This document shows, piece by piece, positions 35,766 to 48,399 of a DNA stretch of 64,000 nucleotides. Origin of the DNA: Callorhinchus milii (lineage: Eukaryota). The stretch lies in contig NW_024704742.1 in the NCBI RefSeq assembly GCF_018977255.1, positions 2,916,001 through 2,980,000 of the forward strand. Reading direction: 5' to 3'. The translations under genes were made by a program, and so were the position numbers. Numbering within the stretch: the stretch's first letter is position 1; every line of letters begins with the position of its first letter. The notes beneath the pieces are model-generated. The model was not told the origin of the DNA, made no database searches, and worked only from the letters and a program-made list of their open reading frames with translations.

Positions 35766-38671
35766 TTTGACTGGTTACCAAAGCTGAGTTATGTCTGGGC
35801 TGCACTTTCCCTTTAGACGATCAAACAACAACAACAACAGCAGCAACACAATTCCATTTGTATAGCGCCTTTCACGTCCCAAGGACGTCCCAAGGCTCGG
35901 AAAGGCCTTAAACAAAAATCCAACTGCAGCTCTGCTCGCACATCATATTCTTAGTCGCCGTAAAGCTGTGAGTTATTGAATTCTTTTTGAATACGGTCAC
36001 TGTAGCAGTCTTTGTTATTCCAACTAAATGCAGCAGTTATTGATCCATTCAATTCAGGCAGCCGAACATTAGCTGTGAAAGCGTACTTTCTTGGCAGAAC
36101 TATTTTCACGATTGATCATCCATGTTCAACAAATGACTGTGAACCTCCACATGTCAACATGATTTCATCTATAAACTGAACTAATACCCCTCTCTCCTGG
36201 GACCAGTGCCATCGACCAACAATCAAACCCACACCACTGGACGCTACGGAACTGAGAATGCACTGGGAATTTTCCTTAGAGGGAGGGACACGTGGCTATT
36301 TCCATAGATAAAGGTCTCCTTTTATCAGATTCCAATGACGAACAAGAGGAACAAAAGCCTCAGCTCATCTGAGGAGATGAACACAAGTATTTTTTTTCTT
36401 TTAAATGGTATTGAGATTGTAATCGGTTTGGTCTGATCCATTCAGGAGCTACGCTCACAGGTCCAGTACTTGGTCCCATAATAGCTCTTAACATTTAAGA
36501 TGTATTTGCGGTCCTGGTGTTGCAGGTTCAGAATACTTGTAACAGTTGCGCTGTTGGGTTCTGCTGCTTTAAGTGGTCCTTAAGCTCATTTAACTCCATT
36601 TCAAAATGCTCCAGGTATCTTTAACTCACTGCTTTTACACTACAGCACACAGCAGGGGGGTTAAACAGCTCATCAAGCTAATGCAATAAAATCCCTTTAA
36701 CTGGAAGGCAAAAGAATTGTAAAGTACTTTTTAAATCCCAAGATCAGTGAGGTTTATTCCTTCTCTCCTTCATTTTTAAGTTGGTATTTTGAGCTCTGAA
36801 TTTCACATGGTCACGCAGAGGAGTGCGTGCGAGAGCCTAACTGGTGATGTATACTGCAATAGGTCTCAATGGTTAGTAAGTGACATTTCCTAGTAATAGT
36901 CTTGCCATCGCTGTGATCCTGATATTCTTTCATCACAGTGGAAATTTGTAAAGTTAGGCACGGTTACAAGAAAGTCTGATAAGGTAAATGCAGCCTAAAA
37001 CTACCTTCCAGCTTATTGTAGAAAGAACGCATGATCCAGGTTTCCTTGGCAATAGGAACATTTCTGTGTTTCCTATCTGAACTGAGATTCTGACACGACA
37101 GTTCCTGATGTACCTTTTTGGGTACAGAGGTCTGAAATGTCACCAAGTAATAGTCTGTGGGACTATGTTGTCTTAAACGCTCCGAGATGCTTCCCTGCTT
37201 GAAGGGCGCTATATAAATGCAAGTTATTGTCTTCAGATGTGAGATCATTACCGAATTGTATAAAGTTCTCAAGTTCAGTCCTAATTTGGAATCTTTTTAA
37301 GAACTGCGGAAAATAAAGAAGTGAATAATTTTCCCCCCACTCTGTGCAACCCTTCAATTTTAGTGCAAAATTAGTCTGATAGCTCTCAGATGCTGTGGAG
37401 GTTGGTGTCTCGAGCTCTTTAGAATCCATTTTATATCTCTGTGAAAATAATGAGCGGTAAACCTGGTTCAGTCGGTCACACTCTCACCTTTAGGTCAGAA
37501 CATTGTGAGTTCAAGTCCGTGTTGGAGCAAACAGGGCTGAAAAAGACAACCGCCTACCCCTAGGCATGTCCCAAAGTTTGCCCTACATGCCCCTCGATGA
37601 CATAATCTGCCTCTACCACCTCTTTGGACAGTTCATTGTATATACTTCCCACTCTCTGCTTAAGTAATTCAATTAATCTGGTCAGAATGAAAAGCAGAAG
37701 GACCAGGTTTCCCAATGGACATCAGATAAAAACAGCACCTATATATAGAATACATATATATGTATAAAATAGATGGGAGGGTAAATAACCAGCACAAAAC
37801 AGGAAATTGTATTGTTAACCCAGGTCTTGTGTTCCTGCCAATAATCTCTAGCTTTAAATGCCATTGCCAACATCTGTTTTAATTCGTGGCTCTTAAAGAA
37901 AATTCCTGTCCATCTGTAAATATCGTTATTAGCTGAGTTGGGCATTATCTTAGATATTGGGTCTGGATCTACTCTACACATTTTAAACTCCCCTTCTGTC
38001 AATGCTGTTTAGAATGGGTGGGGGGGGGGGGGGGATAGGGGCGGGGAGGGGTGTGGGTGGGGGCTGGAAGGTGGGGATGAAAGCACATGCTACCAACGGC
38101 TTGCGTCAACACAGGCCAAGGATCAGCCTCTCAGTTCCTCATTACTGTCTGCCTGGAATCCTAATTTTACTGTTTGCTTTGTGAGTTTATAAAGTGCGCT
38201 CAGGCTTGCGCTTGTGGTAGCAAAAATACGTTTGCAAAACCAGGAGTAGCGTTAAGTCAGTTGCAACACACACGTACGTAGCATTTCAATGGATTTGCCT
38301 GCAGTTATGCAGGATAGCTGGCTTTACAGCAAGGGATGTAAGTTTTTGGGGCACAAATTGTGGTATCTGATGTGATCATTTTCATCGGTTCCTAAAACAC
38401 ACACACACACACAGTGATTGCACAACACAGTATCTCCCGACGTGCAAGCTGTTATATAAATGTAAATTTGCTGTTGTTGCTGTATTATTGTAGGTGAGAA
38501 TTATCACATCTTAGCACGTTCTACTCACGGAGAATCCCTGTTGATAACGGATGAACACTCTGACCTCCCGCCACACTCGCATCCCCGCCTGCCAACTTTG
38601 TTCAAATGATTGGACTATTGGGTTGGCCATTCAAGAATTCCCATCAGTTTCTGTACTGAAGGGACATGTGT

Positions 38672-39022
38672 GGAGTCCAGTAGAGTATCGGTTAGCGCAC
38701 TCTCCTCACAAGCGAGAGAACCCGGGTTCGATTCCCGGGCAGGGCGAAACCTTTCGCAGGTTTCCTTACTCCGCACGCCTCTGTTTGCCTAGCAGTTAGT
38801 AGGAACTCGGTTGTTAGTCGGTCGGCGGATCGCTTTCCGGGGGTAAAAATCCCTTAAAAAAAATCTAGCATGGTTTGCGCACAATTGGCTGCCGCGTTTC
38901 GCCCAAAAAATATACAGTCAATTCACTTTACAGTATATTCCGTGAAGCCCTTTGAAGCATCTGAATGAAGTGATAAGGTGCTATATCAAATGCAAAGATT
39001 ATTATTGTCACTATTATTATTA
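38672..39022 (+). mobile_element. tRNA-SINE long subfamily, full length
   Basis: Head with B box ggttcgattccc, long-subfamily internal segment, L2-type tail. Confidence 0.9.
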
Positions 39023-39469
39023 ATTCAGTTCCAAATTGGGGAATACCAACTACCTTAATTCAATACCGATAATCATCACGTCCCATGCCACATTTTAATC
39101 CCTGTAATTCTACTCCATATCCCAAACCCGTTTACAGGAACGAGGGGTTAATCCCAACGAAAATAAATCCTATGCCTCTCAAGCTCCTCATGGAAAGCTT
39201 CATCGAGTAGCTGAGGAAATTAACTAAACTTGAAAGAAATTAACATCAGGATTTCATTTAGTACCAGGGGAAAAACAGGATGTAATTTAAAACATTCTGA
39301 AGCAGGTAAATGGGGTAGAGACACAGCAGGATTGCATTTATCGAAGGCACAAAGTCCCATCTTGTGTCTGTTTTGAGTTTTTTTTTCAAAGACAATTAGT
39401 TAAATGCAATTACTTTACCCCCTTACTTTAAAAATATATTATTATTTTGAAGTTGGAAACGTGAGACAA

Positions 39470-39720
39470 TGCAATGCAACGCAATTTATATTTATAATGC
39501 GCCTTTAACATCGGGAAGACATCAAGCGTTTAATACAGCTGACAGGGCATCCAAGCCATGGGTGGGGGCTGACAGGGGTGGGGAAGGGGAAAGATAATCA
39601 AAAGCCCACTCAAAGGGGTACGTCTTGATGCGGATGGAGGCAGCGGGTTGTGGAGACTCTGGGTCGGATTTGCGGAGACCAGGGTAAGAATAAAGAGATA
39701 AATAGAAATCTCTCGGCGCT
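39470..39720 (-). mobile_element. L2 LINE 3' end, degraded
   Basis: Minus frame IKTYPFEWAF; tail atttataatgcgcctttaacatcgggaagac. Confidence 0.6.
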
Positions 39721-40363
39721 GATAGCGATTTCTGGCACACAAATTAATTTGCGGAATTCACCAATTCAATTTTAAAAAAAGAAAATAAGTCAGGGGGCAA
39801 AAAAATCTCTTCCCGAAGGCCCCCGAAGGCAACTCTTTTGCAGCCTTCTTTTGATTCCCGACCTTTTCTGGGGCTCTTTTGGCCCTTCTCTCGGCTGTGA
39901 AATGGCGCGGAAGCAAAAGACGAGGCCCTAACAGTAACCCGGACGTCATCATTAGCGCAGTGACATATAGTTTGTGAATGTTGCACTTTTAATCCGACTG
40001 AGCAGTTTGTAGGCAACAAGGTGCGCAACACTGCTCTCAGCCTTAATGCTTAATGAAGTCACTTGCAACCACCTCAGTAAACCCCTCTCCCCCTCCACAA
40101 GATACTAGAACACTCCAACAGCAGTTAATATTTCTTTCCTTATAAAATGATCTCACTAAAGACCACTGTATTACACACACGTTACACTTGAGGCAGTGAG
40201 GGTATTTCGTTGCTATTGCCAGCGTACCGCATTTTCACCGTAGCAGTGAAATACCAATAACAATGAAGTGAAAACACTTCAGTGCTTTAATAATTTGAGA
40301 ATATTCCACCATTCAGCGCAATCCTAGAATTTAAGGCAAAATAAATTTAAACCAAACGGACGT

Positions 40364-40473
40364 TTTCACGTGTAGGCGGCACACGTATGTGGAACTCTCA
40401 GTCTGGTTTGGATCCTCTTAAGCACGGTGATAGGTTTCCACGTGTGTCAGACACATCCGGCTGACAAAAAAAA
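40364..40473 (+). repeat. Unclassified interspersed repeat, 3' terminus (copy 2 of 5)
   Basis: cacgtgtaggcggcacacgtatgtggaactctcagtctggtttggatcctcttaagcacggtgataggtttccacgtgtgtcagacacatccggctgacaaaaaaaa. Confidence 0.85.
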
Positions 40474-40509
40474 TAATTCATACCGATGCGGTGACCATTG
40501 CTTAGCAGC

Positions 40510-40730
40510 AATAACAACAATAAAAACTTTGCATTGATGTGATGCCCTTCACGTGGGAAGCATCTCAGAGGGTTTAACGGTGAATCTGGTCTGATTCCGA
40601 GCTGTAAAGAGAGGAGAGGTGACCGAAAGCACGGTCGAAGAGTAAAATCTTAAGATGTGATTTGAAAATAGGCAAAGAGGGGGCAAGATGGAGGGATTGA
40701 GGCAAGGGGTTCCAGCCTTTGGGGGGGCAT
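40510..40730 (-). mobile_element. L2 LINE 3' end
   Basis: Minus frame WNPLPQSLHLAPSLPIFKSHLKILLFDRAF. Confidence 0.85.
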
Positions 40731-41574
40731 AATAGCTCATAAGTTTGTTCATTGCCCTGATTCTTTTGTAACACGGTATGGGCGTGGACCCCATTCATTG
40801 CGTATGTGCACAACTGGCTCAATGGCTTTCCACACCCTGACCGGCCTCTCATCCTGCAATGGCCCACAGTTGACACGTCTTGGTTTGCGTCCGCGCAACT
40901 AGCAGGAAGTGAAGTCGCTGGCGACTCGCTTGACCGGAAGCCGGACATGTTTTTACTGCAGGAACTGCCCGACCCACAGGAACTGGACGGACAGTCTGCC
41001 CGCGTGTCCCAGTGAAACTATTATATCGGGGCCTCAAGACTGTGTGGGATTTTATGGACCAGGAAAAAAGACCACCTTACAATGAGGCAGCACTGTCGCG
41101 AGCACAGGAATGATGATTTGACGCCATTGTGTCGAATTTCTGAATACCCTGTACATGCTTTCAGAACAACTGGGCTGCTGTGTGCTCAGCCCCCAAATCA
41201 GTGCTATAAAACCGTCTCAGTTTGTGAGTGGCAGACCAATTAGTGAGTCTGAGAGAAAGCAGACTCCTAAGGATAAACTGCATAACTACCTTTTTTATGA
41301 GTGCAGGCTCTATCTGTTAAATGAATGCATTCCATTGCTCGGGATAGAGGAGAATTTCATGGTACGGCATATTCTGAAGCTGAATAGGATATATTTACCT
41401 ATTGAGCTATCGTTAACAATCTGCCCTCGCTTTTAAAACCAGTTCCCCAGATCCACTCTCTGGAGCGTTGCTCCGTTATTTTACTCAAGCTCAGTAGGAT
41501 GTATATGGAATAGAATTGTTGAGTGAGAAAGCAGACCTGTCTGTTTGGTACCTTAATGCAGGCTTGCATAAATA

Positions 41575-41998
41575 ATACAAATAAATTTTGTATTTGAAAC
41601 AGTGCCTTTCATATTGGAAGGATGTCTCAAAGTGCTTCACAGGTTAAACATAAATTGCAATGACTCTGCATTTTGGAGACAAACACGGCAGCGAATTTAT
41701 ACCCAGCAATGTTGCACAAACAGCCATGAAGCTAATGACCAATTTTTATCTTTAGGATTGTTGGCCAGGGCACTGGGAGAAACGTCCGTCGCTTTTTGAA
41801 TAGTGCCATAGGATCTTTGAACAGGCAGACAGGAACTTGGTAAAACATCTCACCCAAAGGACAGCACCTCCGACAATGCAGCACAACCCCCAGCATTGCA
41901 TTGGTGTATCAGCTTAGATTACATGAGGTCCAAGTCCAAAAGTCAGGCTCAAACCAAATACCTTTCATCTCCAAGGCTGGAGGGCAGTCCACTGAGCC
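41575..41998 (-). mobile_element. Deu-domain SINE, near full length
   Basis: ggccagggcactgggagaaac...aatagtgccataggatcttt...ggacagcacctccgacaatgcagcac. Confidence 0.85.
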
Positions 41999-42399
41999 CT
42001 GGCTCAGTAAATGCTTTACGTGTGCAAACGAGTAAACTTCACACACCCAATGTTTCCGCTTTCCCAATTTGATTTAACAGATCCAATTAGTTTTTTTTTG
42101 TATTCATGCGAATTAACCATTTGACACTTGTAAATCATGATGACGTTGAAGACAAAATTGGCAAGAAACAGTAAAGATGCCATACTTTAGTCGGATAGAA
42201 CTTTACAACTCCTTGCGTAATGATGAAAACAAAACAAACACTGCCATAATAATAATCCTTGCATTTGGTACAGCGCTTTTCACATCGGAAAGATACCCCA
42301 GAGCACTTCACATCAATTCTCACTGTAACACGTTTAAAGGCTACTGTTATCTCCATGCCAGTAACATCAAGCATTTTTTTTAAAAAATACTTTGAATTT

Positions 42400-42695
42400 G
42401 ATGAAGCAAATGTAACATCAAGGACGTTTCAAAGAAGTTTGGAAACTGTAGTGACTGTGTAATTGGTGACGAACACGGCAGCCAGTTTTATGCATAGCAA
42501 TGTCATACAAACAGCCATGCAGTGAATAACCAGTTTGTATCTGGGACGTTGTTGGATAAGGTACCAGGGCACATGTGGTGCCCCAGGACACCTCATGTGC
42601 CCTGGTACCTTATTGGAGTATCAACATAGACTGAGCTCAAAGTCTCAATATGGGGCTAGCGCCCACATATTTCTGACTCAGAGGTGATAGTGGGA
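42400..42695 (-). mobile_element. Deu-domain SINE with core replaced by a fold-back palindrome
   Basis: Tail-side sequence to ~42570 and head-side sequence from ~42612 (ttggagtatcaac...tctgactcagagg) flank a 58-bp hairpin. Confidence 0.7.
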
Positions 42696-43089
42696 TACTG
42701 TGACGCGTTGCTGTGTCTAAATTGGCTATCATGTTTGTCACTACCATTTACAAAAAAATCCTGTGAAGGGCTTTGAGCCATGTCGACATAATAAGACATT
42801 TTATCTTATGCAACAATTATTACTGTGCAGTACAATTTACATTTACATATACTGGCTTTCATGTCAGGACGCTTCACATTATTTTAGCACGAGGCACATA
42901 TTACTACACAGAGTCACATCATCTTACAGGACGTTCTGTGAAGCGCTCTGAGACGGTTTAACAATGTGATAAGGAGCTCTTTCAAATGCAAGGATTGTTA
43001 TTATTATTGTTTATGTAATACAAAGAACATACTACGAAACATTGCGAACATTACCCTAATATTTCAAATACTGTCATTATACACAAGGC

Positions 43090-44060
43090 ACAGAGCGACA
43101 TGGATAAAAATTCATTTGCATTTTTAGATAATGTTCAAGAATGGATAAACACGCACTGTGGTGTACAGAGGGAGTTTGATGTGCAAGAGAAAAATGTGAA
43201 GTACATTTTGCTCAATCTGCTAATGCTGGAACCCTGGTCCAATTTTGAATTGTATAGCACCAATGACATAAAGACTAAGTAATACTATATTGTAATTCTG
43301 GTTTGATCGACTGGATATGTCCCTCGATAATTGACTCAGATGGTGTTTACAGTTCACTGGAGGTAAGCGTTTACTGCTGAATTAAACCTTTATTGGAAAA
43401 TCTAATTTGAAATCAACAGTAATTCAATGAACAGTAATCCCAAATCTGCTATTTTCACATTACCGTACTCAGGAAATAGACCTGTACATTTAATATTGAA
43501 ATGAGAAAAGATCTGAGTTCTACAGGAACTGACTGCGCTGAGAATTGAGAGTGTGAATGTTATGCCTCGCTCGAGTCCTATCACCATGCTTGTACGGTTG
43601 TTTTAGCATTTTATAAATTGCCGGTGAATCCACATTTGGAATATTGTGACACCTGACCTTCAAAGAGGATTTGTTGAGGCATTTAAAGGGCTCAGAAAGG
43701 AGTGGGCCGCACGGTTTGGCAATTAAAGTGTTAACATATGGGAAATGGCAGCATATTTTCACTTGAGGGAAAACAAAGGTCGGGAAGAGACATGACGTTG
43801 TTTGAAACCATTGAGATGACTAGATATTGCCAATGCAAATAGATTACTTAACCGTGTGTGGAGAAACCAGAGGCCGTGAGGATCACACTAATAAGCCCCA
43901 GGCAAGACATTAAATTAGTAGGCATTTTGTTCCCACAGAGTAGTACACATTAGCTCCCAGCTACTGCAGTTAGCACCATGACGCAGTTTGGATTGAGATT
44001 GAGGGGGTATATATAGAGATAGAGGCGACCGAAAGCTGTGCAGAACAAACTGGGACTTCC
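43090..44060 (+). mobile_element. Decayed CR1 LINE ORF2 (post-RT region to C-terminus)
   Basis: Collinear degraded motifs LDNVQEW, EKCEV.HF, FYKLPVNPHLEYC (cf. LYKALVRPHLEYC) and TRG.. Confidence 0.7.
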
Positions 44061-44964
44061 TGAACTGTCGGGTTCATGGCAACGCCAGGCCTGGGGAGAT
44101 AATGGTCCTTGATGAATAAAATAGGATGTTTACGTTAAAATAGAAACACTGGAATCACAGCGGTGGTGGGAGGGGAGGCCAGGGAGAAACTTTGCAGAAC
44201 CTCTCCTCAGGAGATTAATCGGGCTGAAGAGACGCTGTGAAAAAAGCAGATTATGTACAGGGTCTGTGAAAGGAATGTTTTAATATGAAACTCAGTGGGA
44301 CATCTGCTCCCAGCAGCACATTTCAGATTGTGTTGCATTTATAAAGAAGAACATGCTGTAGACCATTGGAATTTACTATGGTCTCAGTTAGAAGGGGATG
44401 ATAAAGTTTATTACCAGCCCTTGGTATTGTAGTTGAGTACATTGCATGGTGGGGAGGAGTAAAAGAATTGATAATCCTTTCGTCTCGTTTTGTAAATGCC
44501 TCTCGTAAAGTCCTATTTGACTCTCGGTGCATTTATCAGCTCCTCACAATGTTGTGAGCTCAGAGTAGCAGGACATTTTACAGTGATAGTCCTCGCATAC
44601 TTTGTCAACCCATGTTTTTTTTCCCCCCCTTATTGATCGGTCATTCATCTCCTGGCTGTTTGTGGGACATTGTCGTGCTCCAATTGGCTGCCGCATTCAC
44701 CGAAAAACACACAGCCGTGGAGAAAGGTGCTATATAAATGTAAATTTATGGTGCATTGAAATAAGTAGCAAACTGTAGAGCAGGAAACAAAATTAACTCG
44801 CAAACGTCTCCGCTTTCACACTGTCTCAAAGCTTCTCCAGTCACTGCGTCGAATGATTTTAGGCTGATGTGTGCGCAACTTGGCTCAAATGCTTGCTCCA
44901 GTCATTCAAACAATGTAACCCGACCAACACCAATCAAGGTTCAGCCTAAGATGGGTGTAAATAA

Positions 44965-45150
44965 TAGTAATATAATATAATAATAATCCTTGCATTTGAT
45001 ATTGTGCCTCATCACATCTTCAAGACGTCTCAAAGCCCTGCGCGGAATACACTCTTGAAGCGAATTGACTGCGTATTTTGTGGGAGAAACACGGCAGCCA
45101 ATTGCGCCCAACGGGGTCCCACAAACAGCCGGATACTGAGTGACAAAATT
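44965..45150 (-). mobile_element. tRNA-SINE 3' half
   Basis: aataatccttgcatttgat...cttcaagacgtctcaaagc...ggcagccaattgcgc. Confidence 0.85.
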
Positions 45151-45426
45151 ACTAGGATTCTTTGAATTTTAAATAACACAGAGAGGTCGGAACTGAATCG
45201 ATACGTGGAGTCCCTACATGTGTTTATTGTTTACTCACGTCTATCATTTATTACATCTCAAGACCTTCCTCTTTGACTGTGCCTTGTGTTAGCTTCCCAT
45301 CCCCCATAGCCCCTAGCCCCCGCCCCTCTTGATTCTAAATCCCAGCTCGGATGCAAACACTTGACCCCCCCTTGACTGTCCAACACCTTGAAATTTGCTG
45401 TTGCATTAAAGGTCTGTCATGTCAAC

Positions 45427-45465
45427 GTGTGTGTGTGTGTGTGTGTGTGCGCGTGTGTGTGTGTG
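45427..45465. repeat. (TG)n microsatellite
   Basis: Read directly from sequence. Confidence 0.95.
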
Positions 45466-46094
45466 AGCAGGGAAACTAGAATGTGTTTTTATTCCAGTTA
45501 AATAGAGACACTGGCAGCTCACTTGAAAGCTGAGGTTATATATGAATCACAAAAGATACTTGCAACGCAGAAACTAACTTAGCAACAGGTGTTTTATCTG
45601 TCTCCCACCCCCCCCTCTCCGTGCCCCTCCACCCTTCTTATGCAGTCCAGGGAAGATTCTGTCTTAACTGCTATATAGCTTAGGCACGCTCGGGCAAAAC
45701 ATCTGACGAGCATCTTTCCATCAGCATCTTCAAGAGGGAGTGACGTAGGCTGTTTGGCGAAGAAGAAATCAATCGAGAGAGGGTATGAGAATAATGATTT
45801 TGTTAAACTTGGTGACTGGCCATATGGACGATATGACCAGTCTTCTAGCTCTTCTAGTGCTGCGTACTTTTACGATCCTGTTTCATAGACGACACCTGGC
45901 TGGTAGCTTTTTGTTTTGTTCTCATTGCCTTTTCGTTGCTGGACCTTTCCTTCTTGCTTAACTCCCCTCCCCTCCTCCCCCTGGCTTGGCATCAGGCTTT
46001 GCCACCGTTGAATGCTCCAAGATTCTGCCCCGCGTGAAAGACGCTGTGTAAATGCAAGTTATTGTCGGTGTTTAACTCACAAGATTGGTTTAGG

Positions 46095-46315
46095 TGAAGA
46101 AGTCCCTTCTGATCTCATCCCTCCAGAACCCCCAACTTATCACCCCCTGCTTTTTAAACAAGTCTAGTGTCCTGGCCTCTACCACCTTTCCTGGCAACCT
46201 GTTACAGTCATTGATTACCTCTGGGTATAGAGGAAAAGCTTCCTGGTATCTGTCCTGACATTGTCCTTTACAACTCTAAACCTACGTTGTCTCGTTCCAC
46301 TGTCTATATGCAACT
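46095..46315 (-). mobile_element. CR1 LINE 3' end
   Basis: gtgtcctggcctctaccacctttcctggcaacctgtt is the reverse complement of the CR1 segment at 17.55 kb. Confidence 0.8.
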
Positions 46316-47119
46316 CAAGGAGTGTTTGCCAAGAAAGCATCAAACGTCTCTGTTAGCATAATGTACAAAAGAAGCATTTGACTGTATTTTTATTGTTATA
46401 ATTGTAGCAGTGAATTGTTTTTATTAGCTATTCACGATGATGGATGTTGAGCATGTGAGACGAGAAGATAAATGCAGTTTGTTCTGTTCCAGACGCTGTC
46501 TGCTCAGTCTCTGCTTGTACTCTTTGCCACTAGGTTCTGTTGGTAAAATTTATTGTTATGGTAGCTCTGTTTGACCTCTAAATGTACACTATTACATCTG
46601 CAATATTTAATAATAGCAGCAAATGTACAAAAAAAATAACAATAAGTCACAGTTGTCTGACTAAAACCTCTGCTCGTATGCACTGGGTCACCAATATGTT
46701 TCCACTGTTGGAAAGTAATAACTCAAGCACATATGCAGACTGCAGTTGCAAAGACCTTGATTGATGATCACACTTGTAAAACAGACAACAACGTAATAGG
46801 TTTAAAATAAGACTTGCTTGACATTTGTTTTCGAAGAGTAAAAACACTTTTTTTTTTCAATGAGCAGGAATGTTTTACTGGATTTGACCTCAACCAAAGG
46901 GCCAGTGGCTGTGTTGGTTCAATCGAATCCGTTTTAATGGATCTCTTTCAAGTTTCAAAATTCAAATGCAAACATCTTCGACGCCGTCCAGTTCTGTTTC
47001 TCATAACATCACATCACAGTGAAGCAAATGCCTGCTTCAATAGTGGTATTCACTGCACAAACTGGTCATCGTGATGGTGCTTTGGTCTTACATGAACTAT
47101 TATTTTACAAGTACCCTTT

Positions 47120-47485
47120 ATGATAATCCTTGCATTTGATATCATGCTTTTCACGTTGGGAGGACGTCCCAAAGGATTTCACGGGATTTACTGTGTATTT
47201 GTAGGCGAATGCGGCAGCCAAATTCCACACAGCAATGTCTCGCAAACAGCCCTGAGATAAATGACCAATTTTTGTTTGGGGATTGATGACCAGGACACTG
47301 GGAGAAACTCGCTTCTCTTTTCGAATAATGCCAGGGTGACAGGGTTCCTACTTATGTGACGGTACCTCCAACAATGCAACAGCCACCCCACTACCCCAAC
47401 ACGATATGAGTACTAGTGGAGATATGGGGCTTGAACCTACAATCTTCTCACCCAGAGATCTGAGTGCTACTAACTGAGCCAGGTT
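47120..47485 (-). mobile_element. Deu-domain SINE
   Basis: Antisense tail, gaccaggacactgggagaaactc core and gagtgctactaactgagcca head. Confidence 0.85.
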
Positions 47486-47521
<36 letters not shown>

Positions 47522-47987
47522 GTATCCCACAACAACCCTTGAAGGACTGAACAGACAATAATGATTTCCTGGTCAAAAGAAGTAAACTGCTTCATAACAC
47601 TGTGTGATTAAATAACATTATTTGCCTACAAAATGCAAACTGACTGCACTATAAACTAAATCAGGTGAATCACTTTGAGACATCCTTCTGACGTGAATGG
47701 CACTATATCAAATGCATGGATTATTCTTATTTTATTAATATTTCTGAATATTCGAATGAGTAAGGAATACCCTGCTTTGAAAAAGACTCTTAACCCATCT
47801 ACTTAGTGTTACGTGCAGTAAAAATACCATTCAGCATTATGAGCATTGCCTTTGGTGATGTTAGTCTTAAGTGGTATTATTGTTGGACAGACACACAAGG
47901 TGCCGTGTGTCGTTGAAGGGGATTTTTATCCACATATGTATTGAATGCTGGTTTATCTTACTTTGATCTGCCACAGATTGGTAGCTT

Positions 47988-48344
47988 GGAGTCCTATAAC
48001 ATAGTGGTTAGAGCGCTCGCCTCGCAAGCGAGAGGACCTGGGCTCGATTCCCTTACTCCACACGCCTTAACTGGCAGTAAGTAGGAATCCGGTTGTCAGT
48101 CGATTGGTGGATCACTTTTCCGAGGATGATAATCCCTTCAAAAGATGTATTAAAAAAAACTAATATAGTCACTAAATCCACAACTGTTCACAGGACACTG
48201 CAGTGCACAATTGGTTTCTGCGTATCGCCAACAAAATATACAGTCAATTAACGTTGCAGTATATTCTGCGAAGTGCTTTGAGATGTCTCGAAGACGTGAT
48301 AAGGTGAAAAATCAATTGCAAGGATTATTATTATTATTATTATT
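47988..48344 (+). mobile_element. tRNA-SINE long subfamily, full length, diverged
   Basis: ggagtcctataacatagtggttagagcgctcgcctcgcaagcgag head; (tta)n tail. Confidence 0.9.
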
Positions 48345-48399
48345 AACACATTTTACAGTATTACAATAGTTCTTGCCTCTAAAGCACAAAGTATGTGAA

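Noticed and set aside
45679..45888. About 70-codon stop-free frame (...GYENNDFVKLGDWPYGRYDQSSSS...)
   Set aside because: No ATG, no convincing splice sites or homology; the length is expected by chance
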